55,338 nucleotides of DNA from Bacteroidota bacterium (GTDB lineage Bacteria; Bacteroidota; Bacteroidia; Chitinophagales; Chitinophagaceae). This document shows, in pieces, positions 1 through 10,716 of the stretch. Made by a program: the position numbers and the translations under genes. A model generated the notes under the pieces. The model did not search any database. It worked only from the letters and a program-made list of their open reading frames with translations, and was not told the origin of the DNA. Location: positions 1 through 55,338 of the forward strand of contig SXWI01000046.1 in the NCBI GenBank assembly GCA_005791465.1. The letters run 5' to 3'. The stretch's first letter is position 1, and the number at the start of each line of letters is the position of its first letter.

Positions 1-450
1 AAAATTTCTCAAGCGGAGTTGTCCCTTTGAGTAAACCATGCAAGAAAATTGCTCCGCACGTTGCTGGTTAATTTCCTGCTGACGAATCATTTCGCGGATG
101 AGTCGATAGGCAGGATCCTCTTTATTGGAGACAACTACATCAGGCAGTATTAGTTCCTGTTTTTGTAAAACAAAATCAACTCGAACTACCTCAACTCCAA
201 CTGTTATAATTCTCTCCTGCTTAGCAAAACCAACATATTGACAGCTGACTTTATACTTACCAGGCAATAAGTTTAATTCATAGAAACCTTCCGCATTGGC
301 TGAAACACCTGTTTTAGTTCCTTGCACTGAGATGGAAGCAAATGCCAACGGATTTCCGTCAACATCAATCACCGTACCTTTTACTATGGTAGCCGTACAG
401 TCTAAAAAGCTAAGAACAATAAAGAGTAGAAATAAAGCCCGACGAATCAC
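1..450 (-). CDS. Partial (runs off left edge) secreted protein with carboxypeptidase-regulatory-like N-domain, DUF5686-type
   Basis: Manual translation from GTG at 450: MIRRALFLLFIVLSFLDCTATIVKGTVIDVDGNPLAFASISVQGTKTGVSANAEGFYEL...QYVGF...EDPAYRLIR; open to base 1; GTGA overlap with the stop of the upstream gene. Confidence 0.75.
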   Translation of the reverse strand, partial: MIRRALFLLFIVLSFLDCTATIVKGTVIDVDGNPLAFASISVQGTKTGVSANAEGFYELNLLPGKYKVSCQYVGFAKQERIITVGVEVVRVDFVLQKQELILPDVVVSNKEDPAYRLIREMIRQQEINQQRAEQFSCMVYSKGQLRLRNF

Positions 451-809
451 TCCGATTTTGATTTGATAACACGAAGATAACTCCCCGCGAGAGCAGCCAC
501 TCCACTTAAAATACCCCCCAAAATTCCCGTTAACAAAATCAAAGCGGCAGAAGATCCTTGTAAGGGGAATAAAAAGGCTACCTGTTTAGACAAGAGGCTG
601 GTATTCTGCCAATCAATCCACCAAGATAGGCCTCCCCACGCCAATAACATTCCCAAAAAACCGGAAGCAAAAGCTTTGGCAGGGACTTGATGTATTATAA
701 GAGCCAGTACGAATGCAACTGGAACAAATCCCCACCAGGGAGTGTACGCCCAAAGAGAGACTCCAATCCCTCCAAGCATGGTTAAAATAACTGACAGAGA
801 AAATTTCAT
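447..809 (-). CDS. Hypothetical small membrane protein
   Basis: 120 aa with several hydrophobic helices; tightly coupled to neighbours. Confidence 0.7.
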   Translation of the reverse strand: MKFSLSVILTMLGGIGVSLWAYTPWWGFVPVAFVLALIIHQVPAKAFASGFLGMLLAWGGLSWWIDWQNTSLLSKQVAFLFPLQGSSAALILLTGILGGILSGVAALAGSYLRVIKSKSE

Positions 810-817
810 AGTAAAAA

Positions 818-3259
818 TTAAGATTTATTGAATTGTAATACCCATTTTACTTGCTCACTGCTGCGATCATTTTCTCTCATGTACCAACAGCGATTATATT
901 CTCCTTTTTCCCATACAGACAAATTGTTATCATAAAAACGACTACCTGGATTACCACTTTGACCTCCTGGAAAAACACCATAAGCTTCAATTCCATCTAC
1001 CAGATGAACAACCATACGCCAACTGGGCCCATGGCTATGTTTAATAGCGTTGACAATATTTCCATATCCGCCTACCGATAAACCTTTTCTGGCAAAAGCA
1101 GGAAGCGCATCTTTCAATAAATGATACAAACTTGGATTCATAAATCTACTCCAGGTCAACTTTCCTTCTGCCTCCTTTAATTGCAAAAAGCTGGCCGCTT
1201 TTTTAAAAGATGTAGTAACTGTCATGGCTAATGTTTCTACTTGTGGGGTATTGATATCATCCGCATATCGATAAACCGTATCACGAAGCAACCACTCTAT
1301 AGTAGTTTGCTCAGTGGGCCAGGTAGCCAAAGGAGAAGTACGGCTGATTTCGTCTTTCCAAATTGAAACTTGAACAGTATCCCAAAAAGATTGAAAAATA
1401 GTTTGACCTTTTGAATCTGGAGTAGCCAAAAAATCCCAATTGCGAAAGATTTCCAAAAATTCCCGCTCTTTGACATTCAGTTGCCCTTCATCAATATTTG
1501 CTAGCAATACAGGACGAATGTCCTCCGCGGTTATATTAAAATAGTCGGCATGCAGTTCCATCATTTTTTGTGGAGTGATTCCAGACATGGCTGCCAATTT
1601 GTTGTCAATACGAACACCTCTTGCCGTGATATAACTACCGGGAATAAAATAGGGATAGGTTCCATCAGCCGCACGCTGGTTGGCACTTTGCAGATAGCCC
1701 CGCTCCGGGTTGATCGCATGTGGATTCTCTTGTTGAGGTATATACCCTTGCCATAAATAACTGCTGTCCTGCCCCGGCATTACATAAAGCCCTTGCCCAT
1801 CCCATCGAGCAGGAAAACGTCCTTGTTGCCAAATTGCAATATCACCAGCTCTGGATGCAAAAATAAAATTCTGGCCAGGACAAGTAAAAGTTTGAATGGC
1901 CTCCTCGTACTCCGTATAATTGTGTGCTTTATTGAGTTTATAAAAAGTCAGCCCCTCATTGCTGGGATCATGAGCAGCCCAACGAACGGCCAGGTTACGA
2001 TCCGCGGCAGCGGCATTGGAAAAGCGATTATCAAATTGAACGGGCCCAAATACAGTGTAGGCCACTGTATCAAAAACAGATAGGCTGTCTTTGATTTTTA
2101 TTTCTTCAATCCTCATTTTGGCTGGTACCCACTCACCATTAAACCAATAAGTAGATCGAGCCTCATCCTTGAATTTGATTTCGTAATAGTCCTTTACATC
2201 CCTTTGGGAGTTAGTTACACCCCAAGCAATGCTATCATTAAACCCAATAACAACAAAGGGTGATCCTGGAAGCGAGACTCCGTATGAATTATGGGTAGGA
2301 GTTTTTAACTGAATCTCAAACCAAATTGAAGGAAGAGATAATTCCAGGTGAGGGTCATTGGCCAAAATAGGAGATCCGCTTTGGGTTTTACTTCCAGCCA
2401 CCACCCAGTTATTGCTTCCATTACCAGGATCTGGTCGGTCAAGCGTTTGCGCTGCAACGGTAGATTTATTATTGAAATAAAGAGAATCTGCATCGGTAGG
2501 CTTTATGGGAATGATAGCTGGCTTTGGAAAAATTGTCCCTTTGGGGACAATCGGAAGCAACGAATCTGGAACTTGTGGATAAAGTTGCTGTAACTCATCA
2601 GGCATGAAAACGGACTTAGCATTGGTGTTGGCCAAATCATTCTCTGTTCCAGCAGACAACATTTTGGACATCATTTTCAACAACAGCGCAGTTTTGAGGT
2701 TGCTCCATTTTTCTGGCTTACACTGCAAAAGTTTATACTCAATCGGTAAAGCCGCATCCGTGAGTTGATCGATATAGGAATTTACACCAGCTGTATAGGC
2801 GTCAAAAAGCGAACGAAACAAAGGATTTGCTTCGATTTCTTTAAGAGCATTCTCTGCCGCGTACACCATTCCTAATCTGCGTTGTTCACGATCAAAATTT
2901 ATTGCTTTGCTACCGGCGAATTCGCTGGCACGACCTGCGGCAGCCCTGGTTTGTAGATCAATCTGGAAAAGACGAAATCGAGCGTGCAAATACCCTTGAA
3001 CAAAATAGAGATCCTGGTCATTATCGGCAAACACATGTGGAACTAAGCGATCATCAAAATAAACTTGAACTGGGCCTTGCAAACCCTGTAAGGAAAGAGC
3101 ACCACCAAAATCTTGATTTACGGGTTCTGCATTTTGCCAAAATCCATATTGAGGACTGAAAAAAGAACCTAATGGAGGAACCTTTCCAAGTGGACGATCC
3201 AGTACTACTACCAATCCAATTGTAATAGCAGCGCTACAAAAAAAAGGAAGAATACGCAT
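818..3259 (-). CDS. Penicillin acylase family (Ntn-hydrolase) protein
   Basis: GSNNW nucleophile motif, ANDPHL, IGFND, FPGGQSGNPGS. Confidence 0.92.
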   Translation of the reverse strand: MRILPFFCSAAITIGLVVVLDRPLGKVPPLGSFFSPQYGFWQNAEPVNQDFGGALSLQGLQGPVQVYFDDRLVPHVFADNDQDLYFVQGYLHARFRLFQIDLQTRAAAGRASEFAGSKAINFDREQRRLGMVYAAENALKEIEANPLFRSLFDAYTAGVNSYIDQLTDAALPIEYKLLQCKPEKWSNLKTALLLKMMSKMLSAGTENDLANTNAKSVFMPDELQQLYPQVPDSLLPIVPKGTIFPKPAIIPIKPTDADSLYFNNKSTVAAQTLDRPDPGNGSNNWVVAGSKTQSGSPILANDPHLELSLPSIWFEIQLKTPTHNSYGVSLPGSPFVVIGFNDSIAWGVTNSQRDVKDYYEIKFKDEARSTYWFNGEWVPAKMRIEEIKIKDSLSVFDTVAYTVFGPVQFDNRFSNAAAADRNLAVRWAAHDPSNEGLTFYKLNKAHNYTEYEEAIQTFTCPGQNFIFASRAGDIAIWQQGRFPARWDGQGLYVMPGQDSSYLWQGYIPQQENPHAINPERGYLQSANQRAADGTYPYFIPGSYITARGVRIDNKLAAMSGITPQKMMELHADYFNITAEDIRPVLLANIDEGQLNVKEREFLEIFRNWDFLATPDSKGQTIFQSFWDTVQVSIWKDEISRTSPLATWPTEQTTIEWLLRDTVYRYADDINTPQVETLAMTVTTSFKKAASFLQLKEAEGKLTWSRFMNPSLYHLLKDALPAFARKGLSVGGYGNIVNAIKHSHGPSWRMVVHLVDGIEAYGVFPGGQSGNPGSRFYDNNLSVWEKGEYNRCWYMRENDRSSEQVKWVLQFNKS

Positions 3260-3292
3260 AACAGGTTTTTGGAACTGTAAGGTAAGAAAGAT

Positions 3293-3949
3293 TCAGCTTT
3301 CCTTTCCGGTAAGCATAGGTACAAAAGAGAACTCTTCGAATCGCTCAACACTTAACTCGTTATTCTCCTTACGGGTAACCCTACACATCTGCTGCGTTCC
3401 ACCCTCCCCTACGGGCAACACCATCATACCGCCAATTTTTAACTGTGCAACTAATTTGGGAGGGATGTGAGGAGCTGCTGCCGTAATTAAAATTTTGTCA
3501 AAAGGAGCAAACGTGGGCAAACCTTCGAATCCGTCACCATAAAAGAATTTAATTCCATGCTGCTGCTGGAGCCATTTAAATTGCTTGTTAGAATCATAAA
3601 GTTTGCGCTGACGTTCAATAGTGAATACTTGTACTCCCAGCATAGCTAACACAACGGCCTGATAGGCACTCCCCGTTCCAACTTCAAGCACCTTCTCAAA
3701 TCGCTTAACATCTAAAAGTTGCGTTTGGTATGCAACCGTATATGGATGTGAAATTGTCTGCCCCTCTCCAATAGGAAAAGCGCGATTTTCATAGGCAATA
3801 TCATCAAAAGCAGAGTCCAAAAAAAAATGACGAGGAATTTGCGCAATAGCCGCTAGTACCAAGTCATTTGAAATACCATTAGAGCTTAGTTGCTCTACCA
3901 GTTTTTTTCGTAACCCCTGATGCCGGTGTTTATCCTCTGTGGGCCTCAT
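3293..3949 (-). CDS. pcm: Protein-L-isoaspartate O-methyltransferase
   Basis: IPRHFF, GQTISHP, VLEVGTGSAYQ, GDGFEG, APFDKILITAA; start moved to ATG 3949, which overlaps the pgm stop (ATGA). Confidence 0.93.
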   Translation of the reverse strand: MRPTEDKHRHQGLRKKLVEQLSSNGISNDLVLAAIAQIPRHFFLDSAFDDIAYENRAFPIGEGQTISHPYTVAYQTQLLDVKRFEKVLEVGTGSAYQAVVLAMLGVQVFTIERQRKLYDSNKQFKWLQQQHGIKFFYGDGFEGLPTFAPFDKILITAAAPHIPPKLVAQLKIGGMMVLPVGEGGTQQMCRVTRKENNELSVERFEEFSFVPMLTGKES

Positions 3950-5667
3950 AGTTGTAGCGCTTCTATGCATTTTTTAATGCGCCGTTGTAATTGACTTTTT
4001 ACAGCCTCAAACTGACCAGCCTTCTTCAGCTGTTCTTGCACACTGAAGTAAAATTTAATTTTTGGTTCCGTCCCGCTAGGGCGTGCCGAAATCACAGTGC
4101 CATCGGCAAGTACAAACTGCAAAACATTAGAACGTGGCAAAGTCAGCGACCAAGTATGACCACTGATGCAATCTTTACCAACTTGCGCGTCATAATCTAA
4201 CAACTGGATCACAGGACTACCCGCTATTTCCTTGGGAGAATTGCTTCTGAATCCATTCATCATTGAAGCAATTTCTTGCTGGCCTTCCTTACCCTTTCTG
4301 GTAATTGAGATAAGTTCCTCAAGATAAAAACCATGTTGAATAGAAATAGCAATCAACTTTTCATATAGACTTCTCCCCTTTGCTTTTTCATACGCAGCCA
4401 TTTCACAAAGAAGCGCAACGGCGCTAACTCCATCTTTATCACGAATCTTATCGCCGATCATCAACCCAAAACTTTCCTCTCCTCCAATCACATAATTTTC
4501 TTTCCCTTCTTTTTCTCTAATTAAATCAGCAATCCATTTAAAACCAGTTAATACCCGATAACAAGAAACCTCGTTTGTTTTTGCAATTGCATCAATTAGA
4601 GGTGTTGTAACAATGGTGGTAATCACCATATCATTGGACTTTGCAATTCCCTTTTCTTTTCGTGCCTCCAGCAAATAATTAAAAGCCAGTACGGCTGTCT
4701 GATTGCCATTCAGGAGCACCCAGTTCCCCGCTAAATCCTTAACACCTATCGCCAATCGATCTGCATCAGGATCAGTGCCACAGAGAATATCAGCATCTAA
4801 TTCCTTTGCTAAAGCTAATCCCAAATGCATAGCTTCACTCTCCTCTGGATTTGGATAAGCTACTGTAGGAAAATCTCCATTGGGCGCTTCTTGTTCTTTC
4901 ACAACATGAACATTAGAAAAGCCAAATGCTTTTAAAACCGAAGGCACCAACCGAATGCCGGAGCCATGGATAGGCGTATAGACAATCTTAAGGTTGTGTT
5001 GGCTAGCAACAATTTCAGGGTAGATGCTTAACGATTTCACCATATCGGTGTAGCGAGCATCCATTTCCTTGCCTAGCGGATGAATCAATTGCTCTCCCCC
5101 AGACCAGCGAACCTGTTCTACCCCCTCAATTTTTTCTACTTCCAGGATAACATTTTTGTCGTGCGGAGAAACTAACTGCGACCCATCATTCCAGTAGGCC
5201 TTATACCCATTATATTCTTTTGGGTTATGGGAAGCAGTGCATACCACACCGCCCTGACACCCTAAATCTCGGATAGCAAATGAAAGCTCTGGAGTGGGAC
5301 GTAAATCCTCAAAAAGATAAACATGAATTCCATTTGAGGCAAATACTTGTGCCGTAGTCTCAGCAAAAAAACGGCTATTATTACGACTATCATGTGCGAT
5401 AGCTACACGGATATCCCCCTTAAAAACTTGTTTTAAATAATTAGCAAACCCCTGCGTGGCCATTCCCACAGTATACTTATTCATACGATTAGTACCCACC
5501 CCCATTAATCCTCTTAATCCACCAGTACCGAATTCTAAATTTCGATAAAATGAATCTTCTAATTCTTTAGGATTATTAACAGATAACTGACGAATTACAG
5601 CCTTGGTCTCTTCATCATATTGACCCTGTAACCACTGATTGGCTTTTTCCTGTGCAATGAGGTCCAT
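3946..5667 (-). CDS. pgm: Phosphoglucomutase/phosphomannomutase
   Basis: FGTGGLRG, TASHNP phosphoserine loop, DPDADR metal loop, GEES, RPSGTEPKIK. Confidence 0.93.
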   Translation of the reverse strand: MDLIAQEKANQWLQGQYDEETKAVIRQLSVNNPKELEDSFYRNLEFGTGGLRGLMGVGTNRMNKYTVGMATQGFANYLKQVFKGDIRVAIAHDSRNNSRFFAETTAQVFASNGIHVYLFEDLRPTPELSFAIRDLGCQGGVVCTASHNPKEYNGYKAYWNDGSQLVSPHDKNVILEVEKIEGVEQVRWSGGEQLIHPLGKEMDARYTDMVKSLSIYPEIVASQHNLKIVYTPIHGSGIRLVPSVLKAFGFSNVHVVKEQEAPNGDFPTVAYPNPEESEAMHLGLALAKELDADILCGTDPDADRLAIGVKDLAGNWVLLNGNQTAVLAFNYLLEARKEKGIAKSNDMVITTIVTTPLIDAIAKTNEVSCYRVLTGFKWIADLIREKEGKENYVIGGEESFGLMIGDKIRDKDGVSAVALLCEMAAYEKAKGRSLYEKLIAISIQHGFYLEELISITRKGKEGQQEIASMMNGFRSNSPKEIAGSPVIQLLDYDAQVGKDCISGHTWSLTLPRSNVLQFVLADGTVISARPSGTEPKIKFYFSVQEQLKKAGQFEAVKSQLQRRIKKCIEALQL

Positions 5668-5701
5668 ACACTTGATTTTGAAAGGGTAAAGTTACCGAAA
5701 T

Positions 5702-6697
5702 TTGACCTTTAAATATCCCCCACTGCACACACAAAAGCACATAAGCGTTATTTCAAGAATCCTCTTGAGCATATTTTTTACTTTATACGGAATCTCCCCG
5801 TTTTGTCAAAATCTCCAAGTTGATTTAGGGAGAATTTTGTCTAAAGAACAGTTTAACAAAAATCGAATCAAATGGGTGGCCGCAGCAAATATTGGAGGGT
5901 ATGGAGGTGCTATGATAGGGCTCTACACCGCTTGGTACCGCAACTATCCACAAGGAAAGTTCCACACTTTTAATGACTGGAAAGAATGGAAACAAGTTGA
6001 TAAAGCTGGGCACCTGTATGGGGCTTACATAGAAAGTGTAGCAAGTATGGAGTTATGGAAGTGGGCAGGCATGGAACGTAAAAAAAGAATCTGGGTCGGA
6101 GGATTAAGCGGAGCTGCTTACCAAACAGTAATTGAAATTTTGGATGGTTTTAGTAACGAATGGGGCTGGAGTTGGGGGGATTTTGCAGCCAATATGGCTG
6201 GAAGTGGCATATTGATTGGACAAGAACTAGGTTGGAATGAGCAACGTATCCGAATCAAATTCTCTTATCACCCTCAACCTTACAACGATCCCATTCTCCT
6301 GGCAAGAAGCAATCAACTCTTTGGCAAAAACCAAGCTAATCGTTTTCTGAAAGATTATAATGGACAAACGTATTGGGCAAGCATCGGAATTGCCCCCTTT
6401 TTAAAAAACTCAAAATGGCCGAAATGGCTCAATATAGCAATTGGTTACGGCGCTGACGGTCTACTGGGAGGACGGGAGAACTTTTCAAGTTCTGTAAATG
6501 GTAGCTTGCCATTTGACAGGAGAGATATCCCTCGGTACAGACAATGGTATCTTGCGCCTGATATCGATTGGAAGAAAATCCCTACCAATAGAGCTGGAAT
6601 ACGTTTACTTTTCACTTTTCTCAATGCTTTCAAGTTTCCGGCACCAGCTATTGAGCTATCAAATAATAAGGTTCGATTTCACCCACTATATTTCTGA
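5702..6697 (+). CDS. DUF2279/YfiM-like protein; start codon uncertain
   Basis: WKQVDKAGH, EILDGFSNEWGWSWGDFAAN, DYNGQTYW, RYRQWYLAPDIDW. Confidence 0.75.
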   Translation: MTFKYPPLHTQKHISVISRILLSIFFTLYGISPFCQNLQVDLGRILSKEQFNKNRIKWVAAANIGGYGGAMIGLYTAWYRNYPQGKFHTFNDWKEWKQVDKAGHLYGAYIESVASMELWKWAGMERKKRIWVGGLSGAAYQTVIEILDGFSNEWGWSWGDFAANMAGSGILIGQELGWNEQRIRIKFSYHPQPYNDPILLARSNQLFGKNQANRFLKDYNGQTYWASIGIAPFLKNSKWPKWLNIAIGYGADGLLGGRENFSSSVNGSLPFDRRDIPRYRQWYLAPDIDWKKIPTNRAGIRLLFTFLNAFKFPAPAIELSNNKVRFHPLYF

Positions 6698-6724
6698 TTC
6701 GATTTGTATTAATTTAGCAACAGT

Positions 6725-8056
6725 ATGAGCCCCATTCAAATTCTAGAACCTCTGATTTTTATTGCGCTGACAATCATTGCAATTGGGTTTGTATTTAAAC
6801 GCGGAAAAATCATAAGCAAAACAATTCGGTTGGGGAGGGATGAAGAGTTGAAGGGACCCAAAAGCGCTCGCTGGAAAAATGTTTTTCTATTAGCACTGGG
6901 ACAACAAAAAATGTTCAGAAAGCCAGGAGTTGCAATTCTGCATTTAATTGTTTATGCTGGCTTCATCATTATTAACATAGAAATTATTGAAATAATATTA
7001 GATGGAATACTGGGACAACATCGGCTATTTGCTCCCCTACTTGGCACTGTTTATCCAGTTTTAATAAACTCATTTGAAGCGCTAGCCTTATTGGTGTTAC
7101 TGGCCTGTATTGTTTTCTTGATTCGCCGAAATCTAAAATCAATCACGCGCTTACAGAGTGCAGACTTGAATGGCTGGCCAAGAAAAGATGCGACTATCAT
7201 TTTGGGCGCTGAGATTATACTAATGTCACTTTTTCTAATCATGAATGCCTGTGATACGCTTTTACAAGAACGCGGTCATCTTAGCTACAGCGAACATCCC
7301 ACTGGAAATTTCTGGATCTCTTCCTTACTACACCCGCTGCTTTCAAACTGGAGCACTCATAGCTTAGTGATTGCAGAAAGAGCTAGCTGGTGGCTTCATA
7401 TTCTAGGCATTTATGCTTTCCTGAATTATCTGCCCTATTCCAAACACCTGCATATCATCCTTGCTTTTCCCAATGCCTATTATGCAAGGTTGGAGCCATC
7501 CGGAAAAATGGAAAATATGCCTGCTATTCAACAAGAGGTCATCTATGCCATGCAACCTGAATTGGCCCCAACGGACAGCAATACAAGTCCGCCCAGATTT
7601 GGAGCACGAGATGTCATGGATTTAAGCTGGAAGAATTTACTGGACGCGTACAGTTGTACAGAGTGTGGTCGATGCAGCAGCGCCTGTCCGGCCAATCAAA
7701 CAGGCAAAATGCTATCTCCTCGCAAAATAATGATGGACACAAGAGATCGTTTAGAGGAGGTAGGCCAATCTATCGCCAAGCATGGCACATGGCATGATGA
7801 TAGTCGCGCATTATTGCATGACTATATTAGTGTAGAAGAAATTAACGCCTGCACTACCTGTAATGCCTGCGTACAAGAATGTCCAGTAAGCATCAATCCC
7901 CTTGACATCATTCTTCAACTGCGTCGTAACCTGGTTATGGAGGAAAGCAATACGCCTGCTGAATGGGCTACTTTATTTGGCAATGTGGAAAATAATTTTG
8001 CACCTTGGAAATTTAATCCCGAAGAAAGAGAAAAGTGGATTGAATCCACCAAATAA
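6725..8056 (+). CDS. Membrane Fe-S oxidoreductase subunit (4Fe-4S dicluster; FadF/HdrC-like N-half)
   Basis: TM region with YLPYSKHLH; CTECGRCSSACP and CTTCNACVQECP. Confidence 0.88.
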   Translation: MSPIQILEPLIFIALTIIAIGFVFKRGKIISKTIRLGRDEELKGPKSARWKNVFLLALGQQKMFRKPGVAILHLIVYAGFIIINIEIIEIILDGILGQHRLFAPLLGTVYPVLINSFEALALLVLLACIVFLIRRNLKSITRLQSADLNGWPRKDATIILGAEIILMSLFLIMNACDTLLQERGHLSYSEHPTGNFWISSLLHPLLSNWSTHSLVIAERASWWLHILGIYAFLNYLPYSKHLHIILAFPNAYYARLEPSGKMENMPAIQQEVIYAMQPELAPTDSNTSPPRFGARDVMDLSWKNLLDAYSCTECGRCSSACPANQTGKMLSPRKIMMDTRDRLEEVGQSIAKHGTWHDDSRALLHDYISVEEINACTTCNACVQECPVSINPLDIILQLRRNLVMEESNTPAEWATLFGNVENNFAPWKFNPEEREKWIESTK

Positions 8057-8058
8057 AA

Positions 8059-8778
8059 CTATTCGCTACTATCTTTTCTCCAACGATCTAGCTGTTCCCC
8101 TCTTCTACTTGTTTCATCATCAGAATGCGTTATGCGGTGTGCCGCACCCTTATTGCTGAAAAACTTATACAACTGCCAGAAAGCAGTTATCAAAAAAATT
8201 GATCCGATAACCAAACTAACCATCGATTGATTATCTCTAATTGCACTTGCCACCAATTGCCCTCCGAAAATAAAAATACTATTACCGAGTAAGGTCCCCG
8301 TTCCTATTCCAATGATATAGACGTTATATTGTGCACTATTTGCTTCTAACAGCCCCCGGGAGAATAAAACGGTACTCCACCCAAACCAAAAAGGAATTTG
8401 AACAGGATTAATAGCACTCATTAAGAAACCAAGCAATAGTTTGGGCAATGAACTATCCAAGATCAGGTTTCGACTTTGACCATTTTCAGTAAAAGCAATG
8501 TAAAAATTAGAGGCTGCTAAAACAAGCAGTAATAAAAAAGTGAGGAAATCAAAAACACGTAACAGTTTTGCTTGCTTACGTAACCAATCCATGGCAACCA
8601 ATGACAATCGAACATAAATCATTTCAGCAAGCAAAGAACCCAACGAGAATAAAAGTGCAGCCTGCACGCCACTGGCAATCGAAATTTGCATAGCAGCCAC
8701 ATTCAACGTACCCAGCGGCAAAGAACCGATAAAGCTTACTAAAAGACCAATAAAGAGTACTTGAATCAGTTTAAGCAT
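8059..8778 (-). CDS. LysE family translocator
   Basis: SFIGSLPLGTLN, AINPVQIPFW, about 6 TM. Confidence 0.8.
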   Translation of the reverse strand: MLKLIQVLFIGLLVSFIGSLPLGTLNVAAMQISIASGVQAALLFSLGSLLAEMIYVRLSLVAMDWLRKQAKLLRVFDFLTFLLLLVLAASNFYIAFTENGQSRNLILDSSLPKLLLGFLMSAINPVQIPFWFGWSTVLFSRGLLEANSAQYNVYIIGIGTGTLLGNSIFIFGGQLVASAIRDNQSMVSLVIGSIFLITAFWQLYKFFSNKGAAHRITHSDDETSRRGEQLDRWRKDSSE

Positions 8779-8792
8779 AGCAGCAAAATAAA

Positions 8793-9839
8793 CTATATAC
8801 CGGAAAGATCGAGTTGTTCTAGTTTTTTAAAATGACGACGAGCAGCTTTTAAGTAGTTCCAGCCTCGCTGAAAAGACCAATAACGAATTCCCTGTTGATG
8901 ATTATAGGCACTAATAGCGTACAGGGCTCGCCAGTGTTGCAGCAAAATCCGATAGGCTTGAAGAAGAGATAAGCCAGAATCATATATATGATTAGGTTCT
9001 GCCCCACAACCATTGAACTCTATTATGGAAAACGAGCGCCCCTCTTTAAGATCACCTACTGAGTTTGCTTTGAGATCGTAGCGACCGTAGAAGAAGTTGG
9101 TCGCTAAACTTAACGTATCAAATTGGGCACAAAGCTGCTCATCGATTTCATGTGCAAGGTTAACGAAATGTGCTCCACGATTATGATTACCAGCGTATGA
9201 AAGATAATAGGGCTCACTTTTTTTCAGCACTGTAGCCCAAAGAGAAATATGTTTAGCCCTCAACTCTTTCACTCGAAGCTTAGCTTTAGGGTGTTCGAAT
9301 ACTAATTCTTCTAACGTAGAAATACCATCTCCAATTACTTGTAATAAGTCTTTTTGAATTAACCCAGTGATCACCCCCTTTTTATGGGAAGGATGCCTAT
9401 AATAAAATATACTATATTCTAGGGGATAAGTGATCCATTCCTGTACAATATAATTTATAGCAATGGCCTGATGGTAATTTGACCATTGCTCCCATGATTC
9501 TATGCGTCGAAACAATATTCCTTTCATCCCTACATCTGGCTTGACCGTAAAAGGAAGTGTAAAACCAGCTTCTCGAATCAATCTTGAAGCTTCCGTAACA
9601 GACAAGGAAGGATCGATATAAACGGTTTTGGGATAAAGATGAACAGGAAGCTGTTCATACATTTCCCGTTTACCCTCGCCCTCAAACCCTCCGAAAGTAA
9701 GAGTGGGATTGGACGAACTGAAAAACCAAAGCGAACGGCTTCGCAGGCAATACCAAAGCCACCAGGGAAGAATGGGCAAGTAAAGGATAAAAAAATTCCA
9801 CTCTTCCCAGCGGAATATTCGGTTGAAGAACTTTAGCAT
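8793..9839 (-). CDS. ATP-grasp-fold protein (D-Ala ligase-like, function unknown)
   Basis: FTVKPDVGMKG, YIVQEWI, YGRYDLK, IIEFNG. Confidence 0.65.
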   Translation of the reverse strand: MLKFFNRIFRWEEWNFFILYLPILPWWLWYCLRSRSLWFFSSSNPTLTFGGFEGEGKREMYEQLPVHLYPKTVYIDPSLSVTEASRLIREAGFTLPFTVKPDVGMKGILFRRIESWEQWSNYHQAIAINYIVQEWITYPLEYSIFYYRHPSHKKGVITGLIQKDLLQVIGDGISTLEELVFEHPKAKLRVKELRAKHISLWATVLKKSEPYYLSYAGNHNRGAHFVNLAHEIDEQLCAQFDTLSLATNFFYGRYDLKANSVGDLKEGRSFSIIEFNGCGAEPNHIYDSGLSLLQAYRILLQHWRALYAISAYNHQQGIRYWSFQRGWNYLKAARRHFKKLEQLDLSGI

Positions 9840-9902
9840 AAGTTGGTCATCAAAAATACTGTAATCAGCCGACCTTCATCCCTGGCAACTATTCAAATTC
9901 TG

Positions 9903-9910
9903 TACTTTTG
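9903..9910 (+). promoter_or_regulatory. Bacteroidota -7 promoter box
   Basis: TACTTTTG matches TAnnTTTG, 18 nt before ATG 9929. Confidence 0.5.
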
Positions 9911-9928
9911 CCGTATAACTACGCTTTC

Positions 9929-10714
9929 ATGAATATTCCCACGCTTGCGTCCTGTATAGCTGCCGGTAAATCACCATCCATTTTGTTCTGGGTGGGCTGT
10001 GCTGGCAGTTTTGATCAACGAGCACAACGTATAAGCAAAGCTTTTGCCCATATTCTACAACAAGTGGGAATTGATTTTGCCATTCTAGGAAAAGAAGAGT
10101 GTTGCACGGGCGACCCAGCTAGAAGAGCAGGAAATGAATTCCTTTTTCAAATGATGGCCTATCAGAATATTCAAACGCTAAACGGCTACGGAGTTAAGAA
10201 GATTGTAACTACCTGTCCTCACTGTTTCAACACCCTGAAAAATGAATACCCAGAACTGGGAGGTCATTATGAAGTAATTCACCATACCACACTGCTGCAA
10301 CAATTGATAGACGAAGGTAAAATTCGTCTAAAGGAAGAAGGCCCTTTCAAAGGAAAACGAATTGTTTATCATGACAGTTGCTATTTAGGGAGAGCAAATG
10401 GAATTTACGAAGCACCCCGAGTTGTGCTTGAGATGCTGGATGCAGAACTAGTAGAAATGAAACGGTGTCGTTCCAATGGACTCTGTTGTGGTGCCGGCGG
10501 AGCACAAATGTTCAAAGAGGAAGAGAAAGGGACACAACGCATTAATAAAGCAAGAACTGAAGAGGCCCTGGAGACTGCTGCTTCCATAGTTGCCGCAGCC
10601 TGTCCATTTTGTAATACGATGCTGACGGACGGGATCAAAGGGGCAGAAAAAGAAGAATTAGTAACTGTTCTCGATATTGCAGAGATAGTTGAAAAAGGAA
10701 TGATTACTGATTGA
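9929..10714 (+). CDS. CCG-domain Fe-S protein (HdrD/GlpC-like C-half)
   Basis: WVGCAGS, ECCTGD, TCPHC, YHDSCYLGR, CCGAGG, ACPFC; ATG start preferred over the TTG at 9908. Confidence 0.88.
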   Translation: MNIPTLASCIAAGKSPSILFWVGCAGSFDQRAQRISKAFAHILQQVGIDFAILGKEECCTGDPARRAGNEFLFQMMAYQNIQTLNGYGVKKIVTTCPHCFNTLKNEYPELGGHYEVIHHTTLLQQLIDEGKIRLKEEGPFKGKRIVYHDSCYLGRANGIYEAPRVVLEMLDAELVEMKRCRSNGLCCGAGGAQMFKEEEKGTQRINKARTEEALETAASIVAAACPFCNTMLTDGIKGAEKEELVTVLDIAEIVEKGMITD

Positions 10715-10716
10715 TT

